Origin: Acidobacteriota bacterium
GTDB lineage: Bacteria > Acidobacteriota > UBA6911 > RPQK01 > JAJDTT01
DNA length: 64,000 nt
Reading direction: 5' to 3'
Assembly (NCBI GenBank): GCA_965217775.1
Contig: CBDCJH010000002.1
Span: 1,024,001-1,088,000 of the forward strand
Shown: piece by piece, positions 1 through 9,641 of the stretch
Numbering within the stretch: the first letter of the stretch is position 1
Layout: each line of letters opens with the position of its first letter
Translations under genes and position numbers: made by a program
The notes under the pieces: generated by a model
What the model saw: only the letters and a program-made list of their open reading frames with translations
The model's database searches: none
What the model was told of the DNA's origin: nothing

Positions 1-3000
1 GAGGACGGGAGACGACCCGACCCTGGACTTCACCCTGGTGGTGGGAGAAGTCACGGAGCAGGTGACGGTACAGGCCAAAGCGCCTCTGCTCCAGTCGACC
101 AACGCCACCTTGAGTAACCTGATTGAGTCCGAGCAGATCGAGACCCTGCCCATGGCTCAGGGCAATCCGAGCCATCTGCTGGTCATGGCCCCCGGCGCTT
201 CGAGTCCGCCGGGCGGAGGCTGGAAGTGGGATGAACCCGGGTGGTCCATCACCACCGGATTCTATTTCCATGGCAGCCAGGGCAACGCGGTGGGCTTCAC
301 CCTGAACGGCATCAACAACGTGGGCACGGTTTTCGGCGGGGCCCAGCAAGCCCAGACGGCGCCCCCGGCCGAAGCGGTCAAAGAGATCAGGATCGCCCAC
401 GACTACACGGCGGCCCGGGGTCACCACAACGGCACCACCATGGACGTCACCCTGAAGTCGGGGACCAACGACTGGCATGGATCGGTCTATGGCTTCTTCC
501 GCCAGAGCGCATGGGCGGCCAATGCCTTCTTCCAGAACCGGGCCGGTTCCCCCAAGGCGGACACCAAATACCGGCGCACCGGAGGCGGCATCAACGGACC
601 CATCTTCAAGGACCAGACCCACGTCGCCTTCAACTGGGAGCGCACCTTCCAGCGGACCCTGGAGTTCTACGGCGCCCGGACGGTGCCCACAGGAGCCATG
701 AGAGCGGGGGATTTCTCGGCCCTCCTGGCCTTGGGACCCGAGTACCAGATCTTTGACCCCTCCACGATCCAGGCCACCGGGGACGGGTTCTTCTCCCGGA
801 TGCCCTTTCCCAACAATATGATCCCCTCCAGTCGGATCCACCCCATCTCCCAGCAACTCATGTCCTACTACCCGGAACCGAATCTTGCAGGTGGCAGCGA
901 CTTTAGCAGCAACTTTGAGCCCAGTTCGCCCTCTCCCACCCAGTGGGACCAGTGGTTCCTGCGGGTCGACCACACCTTCGGCCCCTCGAACCGGATCTTC
1001 GGCAGCTACTCCAAGCTGGACAACTGGTCCGGGGAATGGCGGGACTACTACGGCAACGGCGCCACCGGTTTCCACGAGTCGGTCATTCGCGAGACCTTCG
1101 GGTTGGATGACGTCTGGACCGTGAATCCCAACGTCATCCTGAATTTCCGCGGCGGCTACAATCGAGGAACCGATCCCAGAGTGCACAAGAGCCACAAGCT
1201 GCATCCGCGGGGCGAGCCCTTCGACATCTTCTCGCTGCCCTTGGCCGATTCGCTCAAGGCGCAGCTCGATCCGGACCAGTCGGCGCTGCCCCACGTCCAG
1301 ATCGAGGGCTTCAGCGGGATCCATGACGAGACCCGGAACAACTTCGACTTCTCCACCTACGTCTTCGGCGAGGCGTCCACCGACATCCACGAGGGCAATC
1401 ACAACGTCAAGTTGGGTGTTGAGGCGCGCTCCAATTACCTGAACCGGAACGATCAGCGCTGGTCCAACCCGGTCTACCGGTTCCGGTCCAGTTTCACCAA
1501 CGGCCCGCTGAACACCTCTCCCAGTGCACAAGGCCAGGGGTTTGCCGCCTACCTGTTGGGGCAGCCCTCTACGGGTTTCGTCAACCGGAACGACAACTTC
1601 GCGGCCCACCACAACTATTACGCCTGGTTCATCCAGGACAACTGGAAGGCGACGCCGGAGTTGACCTTCAATATCGGTGTCCGCTGGGAGTACTTCGCTC
1701 CTCTCACGGAGCGCTTCGACCGGAGCGTGGCCGGCTTTGCGTTCGACACTGCCAGCCCGATTGCGGCCGCGGCCCAGGCGGCCTACGCCATGAACCCGAT
1801 TCCTGAAGTTGCCGCCGGCGCCTTCGCCGTGAACGGCGGGGTCACCTACGCCGGAGTCGGAGATACGCCGCGGGCTCTGTACGAGGTCCCCTCCAACATC
1901 TTCGCGCCTCGGCTTGGCTTCGCCTATCGACTTGGCGAGGACACGGTGATCCGGGGTGGCTACGGCATCTTCCATCAGCCCATCGGGATCCTGGGGAACA
2001 GCGTTTCCCCCATTCAGTACGGCTACAGCCAGACCACGGACCTGGTGCCGACCTTCGATAATGGCCAGACCTTCGTGGCCGACTTCGCCAACCCGTTTCC
2101 GGATGGAATCAAGCTTCCTGTCGGCAACGCCATGGGACTGGCGACGAGGCTGGGTCAGAGTGTCAATTTCTTCAACGAGAACAACCTGAAGGTGCCCTAC
2201 AACCAGCGCTGGTCGCTCACGGTCCAGCATATGCTGGGCAGCACCCTTCTGGAGTTGGGTTACGTCGGGACACGCGGTGTGCGCATCATCGGCGGCCGAA
2301 ACCTGAACGTTCTGCCGGAACGGTACCTGAGCTCGGCTAACGAGCGGAACAACGAGAATCATGCCTACCTGAACGCGGCGGTGCCGAATCCATTTGCGGG
2401 TCTGCTGCCGGGGACGGGGCTCAACACCAACACCGTCTCTCGGAGACAGTTGTTGCTGCCCTACCCCCAATTTACGGGCGTGTCGCTGAATCAGACCAAC
2501 CAGGGCTACTCCTGGTATCACGCCTTCGAGACCCGTCTCGAGCGGCGCCTCTCCGGCGGCTTCAGCTACAGCCTCGGCTATACCTGGTCCCGCTTCCATG
2601 AGGCGGTCCAGTTCCTGAATTCCAGCGATCCCGTTCCCTACGAAGTGGTGGCCCGGTCTGATCGGCCCCACAACTTCAAGCTGAGCGGCATCTACCAATT
2701 GCCCTTTGGGAAGAACAGCCGGTTCGGAGGGTGGCAGGTGTCCGCAGTTTGGCAGCTCCAGAGCGGCTTCCCGCTGAATTTCGGCGATGTCTTCACCACC
2801 GACAGCTTCAAGCCCGACCGTCTTGGCGGCGGTGGGACGGTCGAGCGGTGGTTCAACACCAATGCCGGATTCGTCCGCAGCTCCAGTGACGCGCCCGAAG
2901 GCACCCACAAGCGGACCTTCCCGCTGCGCTTTGCGCAGTTGCGTTCGGACATAGTCGATTTCTGGGATGTCAGCGTCATCAAGGACACTTTCATCAACGA

Positions 3001-3160
3001 CAATCACAAGATCCGGTTCCAGGCCCAGTTCCTGAACGCCATGAACCACGCCAGCTTTGGGAATGCCAACACCAATCCCACCAGCGGCAGCTTCGGCCGC
3101 GTGGGATCGGACGTTACTTGGCCGCGGCGCATCATGCTGAGCGTCAAGTGGATGTTCTAG
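1..3160 (+). CDS. TonB-dependent receptor (acidobacterial Oar-like type), 5' end outside window
   Basis: 1040-aa ORF whose frame is open to the window edge. TLKSGTNDWHGS plug/barrel motif, FIQDNWK..LTFNIGVRWEY, FAPRLGFAY, C-terminal PRRIMLSVKWMF ending in Phe. Confidence 0.9.
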   Translation, partial: RTGDDPTLDFTLVVGEVTEQVTVQAKAPLLQSTNATLSNLIESEQIETLPMAQGNPSHLLVMAPGASSPPGGGWKWDEPGWSITTGFYFHGSQGNAVGFTLNGINNVGTVFGGAQQAQTAPPAEAVKEIRIAHDYTAARGHHNGTTMDVTLKSGTNDWHGSVYGFFRQSAWAANAFFQNRAGSPKADTKYRRTGGGINGPIFKDQTHVAFNWERTFQRTLEFYGARTVPTGAMRAGDFSALLALGPEYQIFDPSTIQATGDGFFSRMPFPNNMIPSSRIHPISQQLMSYYPEPNLAGGSDFSSNFEPSSPSPTQWDQWFLRVDHTFGPSNRIFGSYSKLDNWSGEWRDYYGNGATGFHESVIRETFGLDDVWTVNPNVILNFRGGYNRGTDPRVHKSHKLHPRGEPFDIFSLPLADSLKAQLDPDQSALPHVQIEGFSGIHDETRNNFDFSTYVFGEASTDIHEGNHNVKLGVEARSNYLNRNDQRWSNPVYRFRSSFTNGPLNTSPSAQGQGFAAYLLGQPSTGFVNRNDNFAAHHNYYAWFIQDNWKATPELTFNIGVRWEYFAPLTERFDRSVAGFAFDTASPIAAAAQAAYAMNPIPEVAAGAFAVNGGVTYAGVGDTPRALYEVPSNIFAPRLGFAYRLGEDTVIRGGYGIFHQPIGILGNSVSPIQYGYSQTTDLVPTFDNGQTFVADFANPFPDGIKLPVGNAMGLATRLGQSVNFFNENNLKVPYNQRWSLTVQHMLGSTLLELGYVGTRGVRIIGGRNLNVLPERYLSSANERNNENHAYLNAAVPNPFAGLLPGTGLNTNTVSRRQLLLPYPQFTGVSLNQTNQGYSWYHAFETRLERRLSGGFSYSLGYTWSRFHEAVQFLNSSDPVPYEVVARSDRPHNFKLSGIYQLPFGKNSRFGGWQVSAVWQLQSGFPLNFGDVFTTDSFKPDRLGGGGTVERWFNTNAGFVRSSSDAPEGTHKRTFPLRFAQLRSDIVDFWDVSVIKDTFINDNHKIRFQAQFLNAMNHASFGNANTNPTSGSFGRVGSDVTWPRRIMLSVKWMF

Positions 3161-3210
3161 TTCCTGGATGAGGCTGTCCCGAACAGTCTCCCGGAACTAT
3201 CCGTTGAACG

Positions 3211-3245
3211 AAAAGGGGCGGGAGGCGACTCCCGCCCCTTTTTTT
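3211..3245 (+). terminator. Intrinsic terminator after the TonB-dependent receptor
   Basis: Perfect 10-bp stem GGGGCGGGAG/CTCCCGCCCC with a GCGA loop and a T7 tail; A4 on the 5' side. Confidence 0.85.
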
Positions 3246-3296
3246 ATCTTGGCGTTGCAGCCATCGTCTTTGGTGGAGAGGAGAGAAGCCTAGACC

Positions 3297-4535
3297 TTGC
3301 CGTTCCCGTTTATTCCATCGGCGCTGTTCTTGCTGTTCGCCGGTCCCAATCTGGTTCTCCAGGAACAGGGGGACCCCGCCCGTCACTACCGCCAGGCCAG
3401 TGAGCTGTTGGCCCAGGGAGAACTCTCCCGGGCCGAGGCAGAGGTCCGCAGGGCTTTGGCTGCGGCTCCCCGTTGGCCGGCTGCGCTGAATCTGTGGGGA
3501 ATTATTTTTCGGCGCCAGGGTCGAGTGCAGGAGGCGGTTCAAAGGTTCGAGCACGCGCTGGCGCTGAACCCGGATCATGTGGCCGCCGGAAGCAACCTGG
3601 GCTACGCCCTTCTCTCCCTGGAGAAGCATCGGCAGGCAATGGCCCGTTTCGACCGGGTCCTGGAGTTGGACCCAAATCATTCGGCGGCCTGGGCGGGGCG
3701 TGCGCGGGTCCTCTTGGCCCGGGATGATTTACAAGGTGCTCTGAGTGCGGCCTCAAAGGCCGAGAAATCGGCACCCGGCGATCCGGAAACGCTGCTTCTG
3801 CTCTCCGAGATTCACTTCCGAAACGGCCAAACGGACCAGGGTTTGAAGCGTGCGCGGCAGGTTGCGGAGGCCGCCCACGACAACGGACCCGGCCTCAGGC
3901 TCGTGGGCCTGTTTCTCCTGCAACAGGGACAATCGGAGGCAGCCCTGCCGCAGCTGGAGCGAGCCCTGGAACTGGGGACTCGCGACGGACAACTTCTCCA
4001 GTCGCTGGGTTACGGCTATCTCACCTCCAGCCGCCTCGCCAAGGCCGTTCCGTTGCTGGAGGAGGCGATCCGGACGCATCCGGAGCACGCGGATCCCTAC
4101 TACCTGCTGGGGATCGGATACGAAATGCAGGGGCGTCACCGCGAGGCCGTGCGCCAGTTGGAGAACGTCCTGGAGCGGAGACCGGACCACCTGGAGGCCA
4201 CCCATCGCTACGGAATCAACCTCTACAAGAGCGGCTCGCCGGAAGCGGCCTGGGAGCCCTTCGGCAGGGTCCTCCGGGAAGACCCTGAGCGGATCGAGGC
4301 CCTCTACTTCCGCTCCCGGATCCTTTGGCTCAGGAACGACTATCGGGAAGCGGCACTCCTGCTGAAGCGGGTCCTCTCCCTGGATCCCAAACATGCGGCC
4401 GCCCACTTCAAACTGGCCCAGGTCTACACTCGTTTGGACGAACCTGAAGCGGCGACCCGGCACCGGGAGAAATACGAGAGCCTGCGGGCCCGATATTCTA
4501 CCCACCTGAAGGAAGTGATCTTCCGTATCCCGTGA
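3297..4535 (+). CDS. Secreted tetratricopeptide repeat protein
   Basis: Hydrophobic N-terminus followed by repeated TPR helices (ALALNPDHVAAGSNLG, VLELDPNHSAAW, LSLDPKHAAAHFKLA). Confidence 0.85.
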   Translation: MPFPFIPSALFLLFAGPNLVLQEQGDPARHYRQASELLAQGELSRAEAEVRRALAAAPRWPAALNLWGIIFRRQGRVQEAVQRFEHALALNPDHVAAGSNLGYALLSLEKHRQAMARFDRVLELDPNHSAAWAGRARVLLARDDLQGALSAASKAEKSAPGDPETLLLLSEIHFRNGQTDQGLKRARQVAEAAHDNGPGLRLVGLFLLQQGQSEAALPQLERALELGTRDGQLLQSLGYGYLTSSRLAKAVPLLEEAIRTHPEHADPYYLLGIGYEMQGRHREAVRQLENVLERRPDHLEATHRYGINLYKSGSPEAAWEPFGRVLREDPERIEALYFRSRILWLRNDYREAALLLKRVLSLDPKHAAAHFKLAQVYTRLDEPEAATRHREKYESLRARYSTHLKEVIFRIP

Positions 4536-4550
4536 CCGGGAAACCCGACG

Positions 4551-6194
4551 TTACTGAGCGGTCGGGGAGCGGCCTCCCAGGGTGCGGACGCCGGCCAGAC
4601 TCAGGTCGAAGTCATGGTCGATCTTCAGTTCCTCTCCCTGGCGCACGAGGACCAGAAGCGGGAGGGGCTCGTCCCACGCCGTGACCAACCGGCAGAAGAT
4701 CCGCTTTCCCAGGGTATTGCCGTCCCGGATTCGGCTACCCGCGATCCGTTGCCGGATCCGGCTGTTGCCGTAGACGGATGAAGCAATGGCGCGGTAGCTT
4801 CGAAAGTCGCCGTAGAGAGCCTGAGAAGATGGCGTCAGCAGGTCCCAGATCTCCCCGTACCTCTCCTCGAGCAGGGCTTGCTTGTAGCGGAGGTAGAACT
4901 GATTCACAGCCCGGGCCAGCTCCGAGCTCTCTCTGGGATCGACCCGGTCCGATCCGGGCAGGAGAGCCCGCCGCGACCGCTGCCGCTCGAACGCCTTGAC
5001 CTTCTGAAACCGCTCCAGGATCTTGCGGGCTTCCTCCGACTGACCCAGCTTCCGGTGCAGGGTTCCCAGGTGAAACAGGGCCGCCTCATGGTCCGGCTCC
5101 CGATCCACGACCGCAAGGAATTCGGTCAGGGCGTCTCGTTCCCTCCCGGCGGCGGCGTACGCCTTTCCCATCAGGAGCTGGGAGTTGACTGATCGGGGGT
5201 TGAGCCGCAGCGCCTCCTCCAATTCGGTGATGGCCTCCTGGGGGCGGTTCAGGTCCAACAGCGTCGAGCCCAGAAAGTAATGGCCAGCATAGTCGTCCGG
5301 GTCCTGACGGACGCACTCGGCATAGGTCTTCCGGGCGGGTTCGACCCGGCCCTGGGAGGCCTGGGCATAACCCAGATGAAGGCAGGCCCCCTCGGCATCC
5401 GGCTCCAGTTCCAGGGTCCGGGCGAAGGCCGTTTCCGCCTCCCGGAAGCGTTTCATCTTGAGCCAGGTGCGTCCCAGAGCGTCTTGCAGCAGTGGCGAGT
5501 CGGGATTGGCCTGGACGCCGGCGGAGAAGACCACCGACGCGGCTTCGGGAAGCTCGTGGACCAGGAAGACTCCTCCCAAAGAGAGGTACTCATGCTGTTC
5601 CGACCCCAGAGTATGGGCGAACTGCTCCACTTCATCACCGATGGGCGCCTGATGGTAGAAGCTCAGGGCCGGTGTCGCCGGCGCCGTGGATCGAACCAGA
5701 CGCGCGAACTGTCCGGTGGCGGCCGAGCGTTGTCCCAGGCGGAGATAGCTGAGGGCCAGATTCAGGCGGGCGGTGGACCAGTCGCGCCGGAGTTGCAGTG
5801 CGCGGAGGTAGCAGGAGGGAGCCCGAGCCGTGTCTCCCGCTCTCTCCCGTGTGGTTCCCAGAAGATTCTGCAGCACAGCGTCGGACGGGGACGTCTGAAG
5901 CAGGGCCTCCAGGGAGCGCGCCGCCTGGGCGTAGGACTCGGAGCGAAGCAGAGAATAGACCTCGGCCAGCCTCTCCTCCTTCGTCTGGGCGAGGCCGGCG
6001 GCTCCCAGGGCCCCCAGGAAAAGCGCACACTGGAGGGTCCAGCCACGGATCTTCTTCCTGGAAAAAAATAGGGGCACCCTGGGAGGGGGGACATTCTTGC
6101 CCCCCTCTTCAACGCCCCCCGGAATCGGGGGTTGAAAACCCCCGCTCCCATCGTTTTGCAATGTCTGGCTGCCGACGGACCACTTTCCAGTCAC
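4551..6194 (-). CDS. Tetratricopeptide repeat protein (start uncertain)
   Basis: TPR repeats (ALRLNPRSVNSQLLMG, VDREPDHEAALFHLG). GTG start overlaps the upstream stop as GTGA. The N-terminal region contains a REP element. Confidence 0.8.
   Translation of the reverse strand: MTGKWSVGSQTLQNDGSGGFQPPIPGGVEEGGKNVPPPRVPLFFSRKKIRGWTLQCALFLGALGAAGLAQTKEERLAEVYSLLRSESYAQAARSLEALLQTSPSDAVLQNLLGTTRERAGDTARAPSCYLRALQLRRDWSTARLNLALSYLRLGQRSAATGQFARLVRSTAPATPALSFYHQAPIGDEVEQFAHTLGSEQHEYLSLGGVFLVHELPEAASVVFSAGVQANPDSPLLQDALGRTWLKMKRFREAETAFARTLELEPDAEGACLHLGYAQASQGRVEPARKTYAECVRQDPDDYAGHYFLGSTLLDLNRPQEAITELEEALRLNPRSVNSQLLMGKAYAAAGRERDALTEFLAVVDREPDHEAALFHLGTLHRKLGQSEEARKILERFQKVKAFERQRSRRALLPGSDRVDPRESSELARAVNQFYLRYKQALLEERYGEIWDLLTPSSQALYGDFRSYRAIASSVYGNSRIRQRIAGSRIRDGNTLGKRIFCRLVTAWDEPLPLLVLVRQGEELKIDHDFDLSLAGVRTLGGRSPTAQ
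6082..6148. repeat. REP doublet (GGAG-footed hairpins), copy A
   Basis: GGAGGGGGGACATTCTTGCCCCCCTC...CGGGGGTTGAAAACCCCCGCTCC; closely similar to 25131-25198. Confidence 0.75.
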
Positions 6195-7894
6195 CGGTGC
6201 CTCCTCGGCCTCTTCCGGATCACTCCTTCTGACTCCTGGACCGTGTAGAAGTGATTTGCCTCCAAATCGGGGAGTTCCTGGAGCCGGCCGTCTGGCCAGC
6301 GGATCGTCACCTGGGCAGCGGGGGCGTCTCCCAGGCCGAAATGGGTCCGGAGGTCATGGTGGGACATGAAGCTGGCGCCGCTTCTGACCTCCCGCATCTG
6401 CCGGACGTCCCCGGTTCGGACCAGGATCCGGGCCCCCACACCGTCCCGGTTGCTTCGAGTCCCTACCAAACGCAGGGAGATGAAGTTTCGCCCGTTGCCT
6501 CCCTGATTTTCCAACAATTCGGGCAGCCCGTCGATATTGGTCACCACCACGTCCAGGTCTCCGTCATTGTCGTAGTCGGCGAACGCGGCTCCGCGTCCGC
6601 CGTTGGGACGGATCAGGGCCGGGCCCGCGTCCCGGGTGACCTCGATGAAGTGACCGGCTCCGGTATTTTTGAACAGGAGCTTGGTTTGGAGGTATTTGTA
6701 GTCGAGCCGCTCCGCTTCGGGGTAGAGATGGCCGTTGACCATGAACAGGTCCAGCCAGGTGTCATTGTCGTAATCGATGAAGCCGGCGCCCCAGCCCAAA
6801 TGGAGCAGGCTGGGCGCACCCAACCCCAGCGGTCCCGTCCGGTCCGAGAAGGTCCCGTCTCGATTCGCCTTGAATAGCGTGTTGACGTCGCCGGAGAAGT
6901 TGGTGGTGAAGATGGACAGATGCCCGCTGTGGTCGAAGTCGCCGGCGTCGACTCCCATGCGGGCCTGTTCCCGTCCGTCCTCGCTGAAGGCACACCCGGC
7001 CAGCACGGCGTTGTCGGTGAAGCTGCCGTCGCCGTTGTTGCGCCAGAGGTTGGCCGGAGTGGCGTCGTTGGCCACGTAGATGTCCTGGAGCCCGTCGTTG
7101 TCGTAGTCCAGAAAGAGGACTCCGAGGCCGTTGTCGGGCTCACCGCTGCGGATGCCCGCAGCAACGGAAACGTCCTCAAAGGTCCCGTCCCCATTGTTAC
7201 GGTAAAGCAGGTCGGGGCTGCCTGCGTAGCGGCGCGGACCGCAGGTCACACGGAGGCCGGAAAAGAGGCATTCGGTGGGGTAGTTCTCCGGCGAGAACTC
7301 CACGTACCGGGCCACGTAAAGGTCCAGGAACCCGTCCCGATCATAGTCCCCGAAGGCGGCTCCGGCCGACCAGCCGCTCCCCGTAACTCCGGCTTCCCGC
7401 GAGATCTCCTGGAAGATCCCGTCCCCCTGGTTTCGAAAGAGAAGGTTTCGGCCGTAGCCGGTGACGAACAGATCCGGGTCGCCGTCGTTGTCGATGTCGG
7501 CGGCCACGGCCCCCATGGCCCAGAGCTCGCCGCCGTCGACACCGGCCCGGTCGGTCACGTCCTCGAAGGTCCCGTCGCCCCGGTTCCGGTAGAGCGCACC
7601 TCCAGGAGGGGGCTCAGGGTCCCGTCCCCGGATCCTGTCCAGGGACGACCCGTTGGCCAGGTACAGGTCCACCCATCCGTCTCCGTCGTAATCGAACCAG
7701 GCCGCTCCATGACCCAAGGTTTCCAGCAGCGCATCTTTCTTGGCTCCACCCGAGAGGTCCTCCAGGGTGATTCCGGCCTGAGTGGCCCGGTCCACGAAGG
7801 TGACTTGGCCCGAGTGGACCCAAGTGGCCGCCAGCATCACGAACGCCGCCAGAAAGAAGGGTTGCGGAGGTGTGGTGGGAGTCTTCGAACTCAT
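6191..7894 (-). CDS. CRTAC1-like FG-GAP/ASPIC-UnbV protein
   Basis: Many DxDxDGxxD repeats (DYDGDGWVDL, DIDNDGDPDL, DYDNDGDLD) and C-terminal SNRDGVGARI...THFGLG...IRWPDG. Start placed at MSSKTP before the signal peptide. Confidence 0.88.
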   Translation of the reverse strand: MSSKTPTTPPQPFFLAAFVMLAATWVHSGQVTFVDRATQAGITLEDLSGGAKKDALLETLGHGAAWFDYDGDGWVDLYLANGSSLDRIRGRDPEPPPGGALYRNRGDGTFEDVTDRAGVDGGELWAMGAVAADIDNDGDPDLFVTGYGRNLLFRNQGDGIFQEISREAGVTGSGWSAGAAFGDYDRDGFLDLYVARYVEFSPENYPTECLFSGLRVTCGPRRYAGSPDLLYRNNGDGTFEDVSVAAGIRSGEPDNGLGVLFLDYDNDGLQDIYVANDATPANLWRNNGDGSFTDNAVLAGCAFSEDGREQARMGVDAGDFDHSGHLSIFTTNFSGDVNTLFKANRDGTFSDRTGPLGLGAPSLLHLGWGAGFIDYDNDTWLDLFMVNGHLYPEAERLDYKYLQTKLLFKNTGAGHFIEVTRDAGPALIRPNGGRGAAFADYDNDGDLDVVVTNIDGLPELLENQGGNGRNFISLRLVGTRSNRDGVGARILVRTGDVRQMREVRSGASFMSHHDLRTHFGLGDAPAAQVTIRWPDGRLQELPDLEANHFYTVQESEGVIRKRPRRHR

Positions 7895-8017
7895 TCCGAA
7901 CCTCCACCCGTAAGCAAGCACCTGAATTCCTGGTTCGTACTTGCCGATTCGCAATTTTCCCATGCGATCGATCGATTATGGCAAAGTCCGCCGATCGAAT
8001 CCGTCCGGATGTTGGAG

Positions 8018-8026
8018 TGCTACACT
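8018..8026 (+). promoter_or_regulatory. Putative extended -10 promoter (TGcTACACT), possibly leaderless transcript
   Basis: TGnTACACT ends 6 nt before the GTG at 8033; only a GGAG at 8014-8017 upstream, too far for a typical Shine-Dalgarno site. Confidence 0.4.
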
Positions 8027-8032
8027 GAGTTT

Positions 8033-9631
8033 GTGCGCTTCTTCAACACCACGGGTCCCGTCGTCGCAACGGACCACTACTGCATACCACCGTTGGAGCG
8101 CTTGAATCTCGACGAGGTCCGGACGCTGATCGGGCAGAAACGATATTTCGTGCTGCACGCGCCGCGGCAGACCGGCAAGACGTCCACCCTGCTGGCGTTG
8201 CGCGACCTGCTCAACGGCGGTGCCGAGGGTGAGTACCGTTGCGTCTACACCAACGTCGAAGCCGGTCAGACCTCGCGCGAAGACCTGGGACAGGCGATGC
8301 GCGCGATTCTGGTGCGATTGGCCTCGCGGGCTCGTTCGACGCTCGGCGACGAGTTCCTGGACCAGATCTGGCCCGGTGTCCTGGAACGAGCCGGTCCGCA
8401 CGGCGCGCTCGAAGAAGCTCTGACTCTCTGGAGCGAAGCCGACCCCAGGCCGCTCGTGCTGCTCATCGACGAGATCGACGCGCTGGTGGGCGATACGTTG
8501 CTCTCGGTGCTGCGCCAGTTGCGCGCCGGCTACGACCAGCGTCCGGCCGGCTTTCCACAGAGCGTGGTGCTGTGCGGCGTGCGCGACGTGCGCGACTGCC
8601 GCATCCACTCCAGCTCCGAGAAGGCGATCATCGCTGGCGGCAGTGCCTTCAACATCAACGCCAAGTCGCTGCGCCTCGGCGACTTATCGGAGGAAGATGT
8701 GCGCGACCTGCTGGCCCAGCACACCGAAGAGACCGGAGAGGCGTTCACCTCTGACGCAGTGGAGACGATCTGGAGACAGACCCGGGGCCAACCCTGGCTG
8801 GTGAACGCCCTCGCTTACGAAGCCTGCTTCGAGAGCGGGGACGGGCGCGACAACGGCCGTCCGGTGACCGCAGACGCCATCATCGAAGCCCAGGAGCAGT
8901 TGATTCTCCGGCGGGAGACGCATCTGGACCAGTTGGCCGACAAGCTGCGGGAGGACCGGGTGCGTCGCGTGGTCGAACCGATCCTGGGCGGGGTTGAAGC
9001 GGCCGACTCCGTCCCCGCCGACGACCTGCAGTACGTCCGCGACCTGGGCCTCGTGTGCAGCGAGGGACCCGCCGTCATCGCCAACCCGATCTACCGGGAG
9101 GTTGTTCCCCGTGATCTCACCTACACGACCCAGGAGATGACGTTCGGTGGCTACAATCCGGCCTGGTACGTCGGTGCGGACGGTGACCTGCGGGTTGACG
9201 ATCTATTGGCCGCTTTCCAGGCTTTCTTTCGCGAGCACTCGGAACACTGGGTGGAGCGGTTCCAGTACAAGGAGGCGGGTCCGCAGTTACTGCTGCAGGC
9301 GTTCTTGCAGCGGATCGTCAACCGCGGAGGCAGAATCGAGCGCGAGTATGGCCTGGGAAGGATGCGCACGGATCTCTTGATCGTCTGGCCGGTGAAGGGG
9401 GACCTCCAAGACACCCGCAAGACGGTGGTCGAGTGCAAGCTGCTGCACGGAAGCCTTGAACGCACCGTCCAGCGGGGGCTTGAACAGACCTGGGCCTACA
9501 TGACTCGTTGCGCCGCCGTCGAGGGTCACCTGGTGATCTTCGACCGCAGCGAGGGGACGGGGTGGGAGGACCGGATTTTCCGTCGCCAGGAGGCCGTCGA
9601 GAGCGGAACTGTGACGGTGTGGGGGATGTAG
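8033..9631 (+). CDS. AAA-family ATPase with C-terminal PD-(D/E)XK-like domain
   Basis: Family-typical start (M)RFFNTTGP, Walker A HAPRQTGKT, Walker B LLIDEID, C-terminal RTDLLIVW..VVECK. The true gene is the 3' part of ORF 6920..9631. Confidence 0.85.
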   Translation: MRFFNTTGPVVATDHYCIPPLERLNLDEVRTLIGQKRYFVLHAPRQTGKTSTLLALRDLLNGGAEGEYRCVYTNVEAGQTSREDLGQAMRAILVRLASRARSTLGDEFLDQIWPGVLERAGPHGALEEALTLWSEADPRPLVLLIDEIDALVGDTLLSVLRQLRAGYDQRPAGFPQSVVLCGVRDVRDCRIHSSSEKAIIAGGSAFNINAKSLRLGDLSEEDVRDLLAQHTEETGEAFTSDAVETIWRQTRGQPWLVNALAYEACFESGDGRDNGRPVTADAIIEAQEQLILRRETHLDQLADKLREDRVRRVVEPILGGVEAADSVPADDLQYVRDLGLVCSEGPAVIANPIYREVVPRDLTYTTQEMTFGGYNPAWYVGADGDLRVDDLLAAFQAFFREHSEHWVERFQYKEAGPQLLLQAFLQRIVNRGGRIEREYGLGRMRTDLLIVWPVKGDLQDTRKTVVECKLLHGSLERTVQRGLEQTWAYMTRCAAVEGHLVIFDRSEGTGWEDRIFRRQEAVESGTVTVWGM

Positions 9632-9641
9632 GCCGCCATCA

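Noticed and set aside
6920-8032. N-terminal 371 aa of the 903-aa ORF 6920..9631
   Set aside because: Antisense shadow of the CRTAC1 gene; the recognisable ATPase begins at the GTG at 8033.
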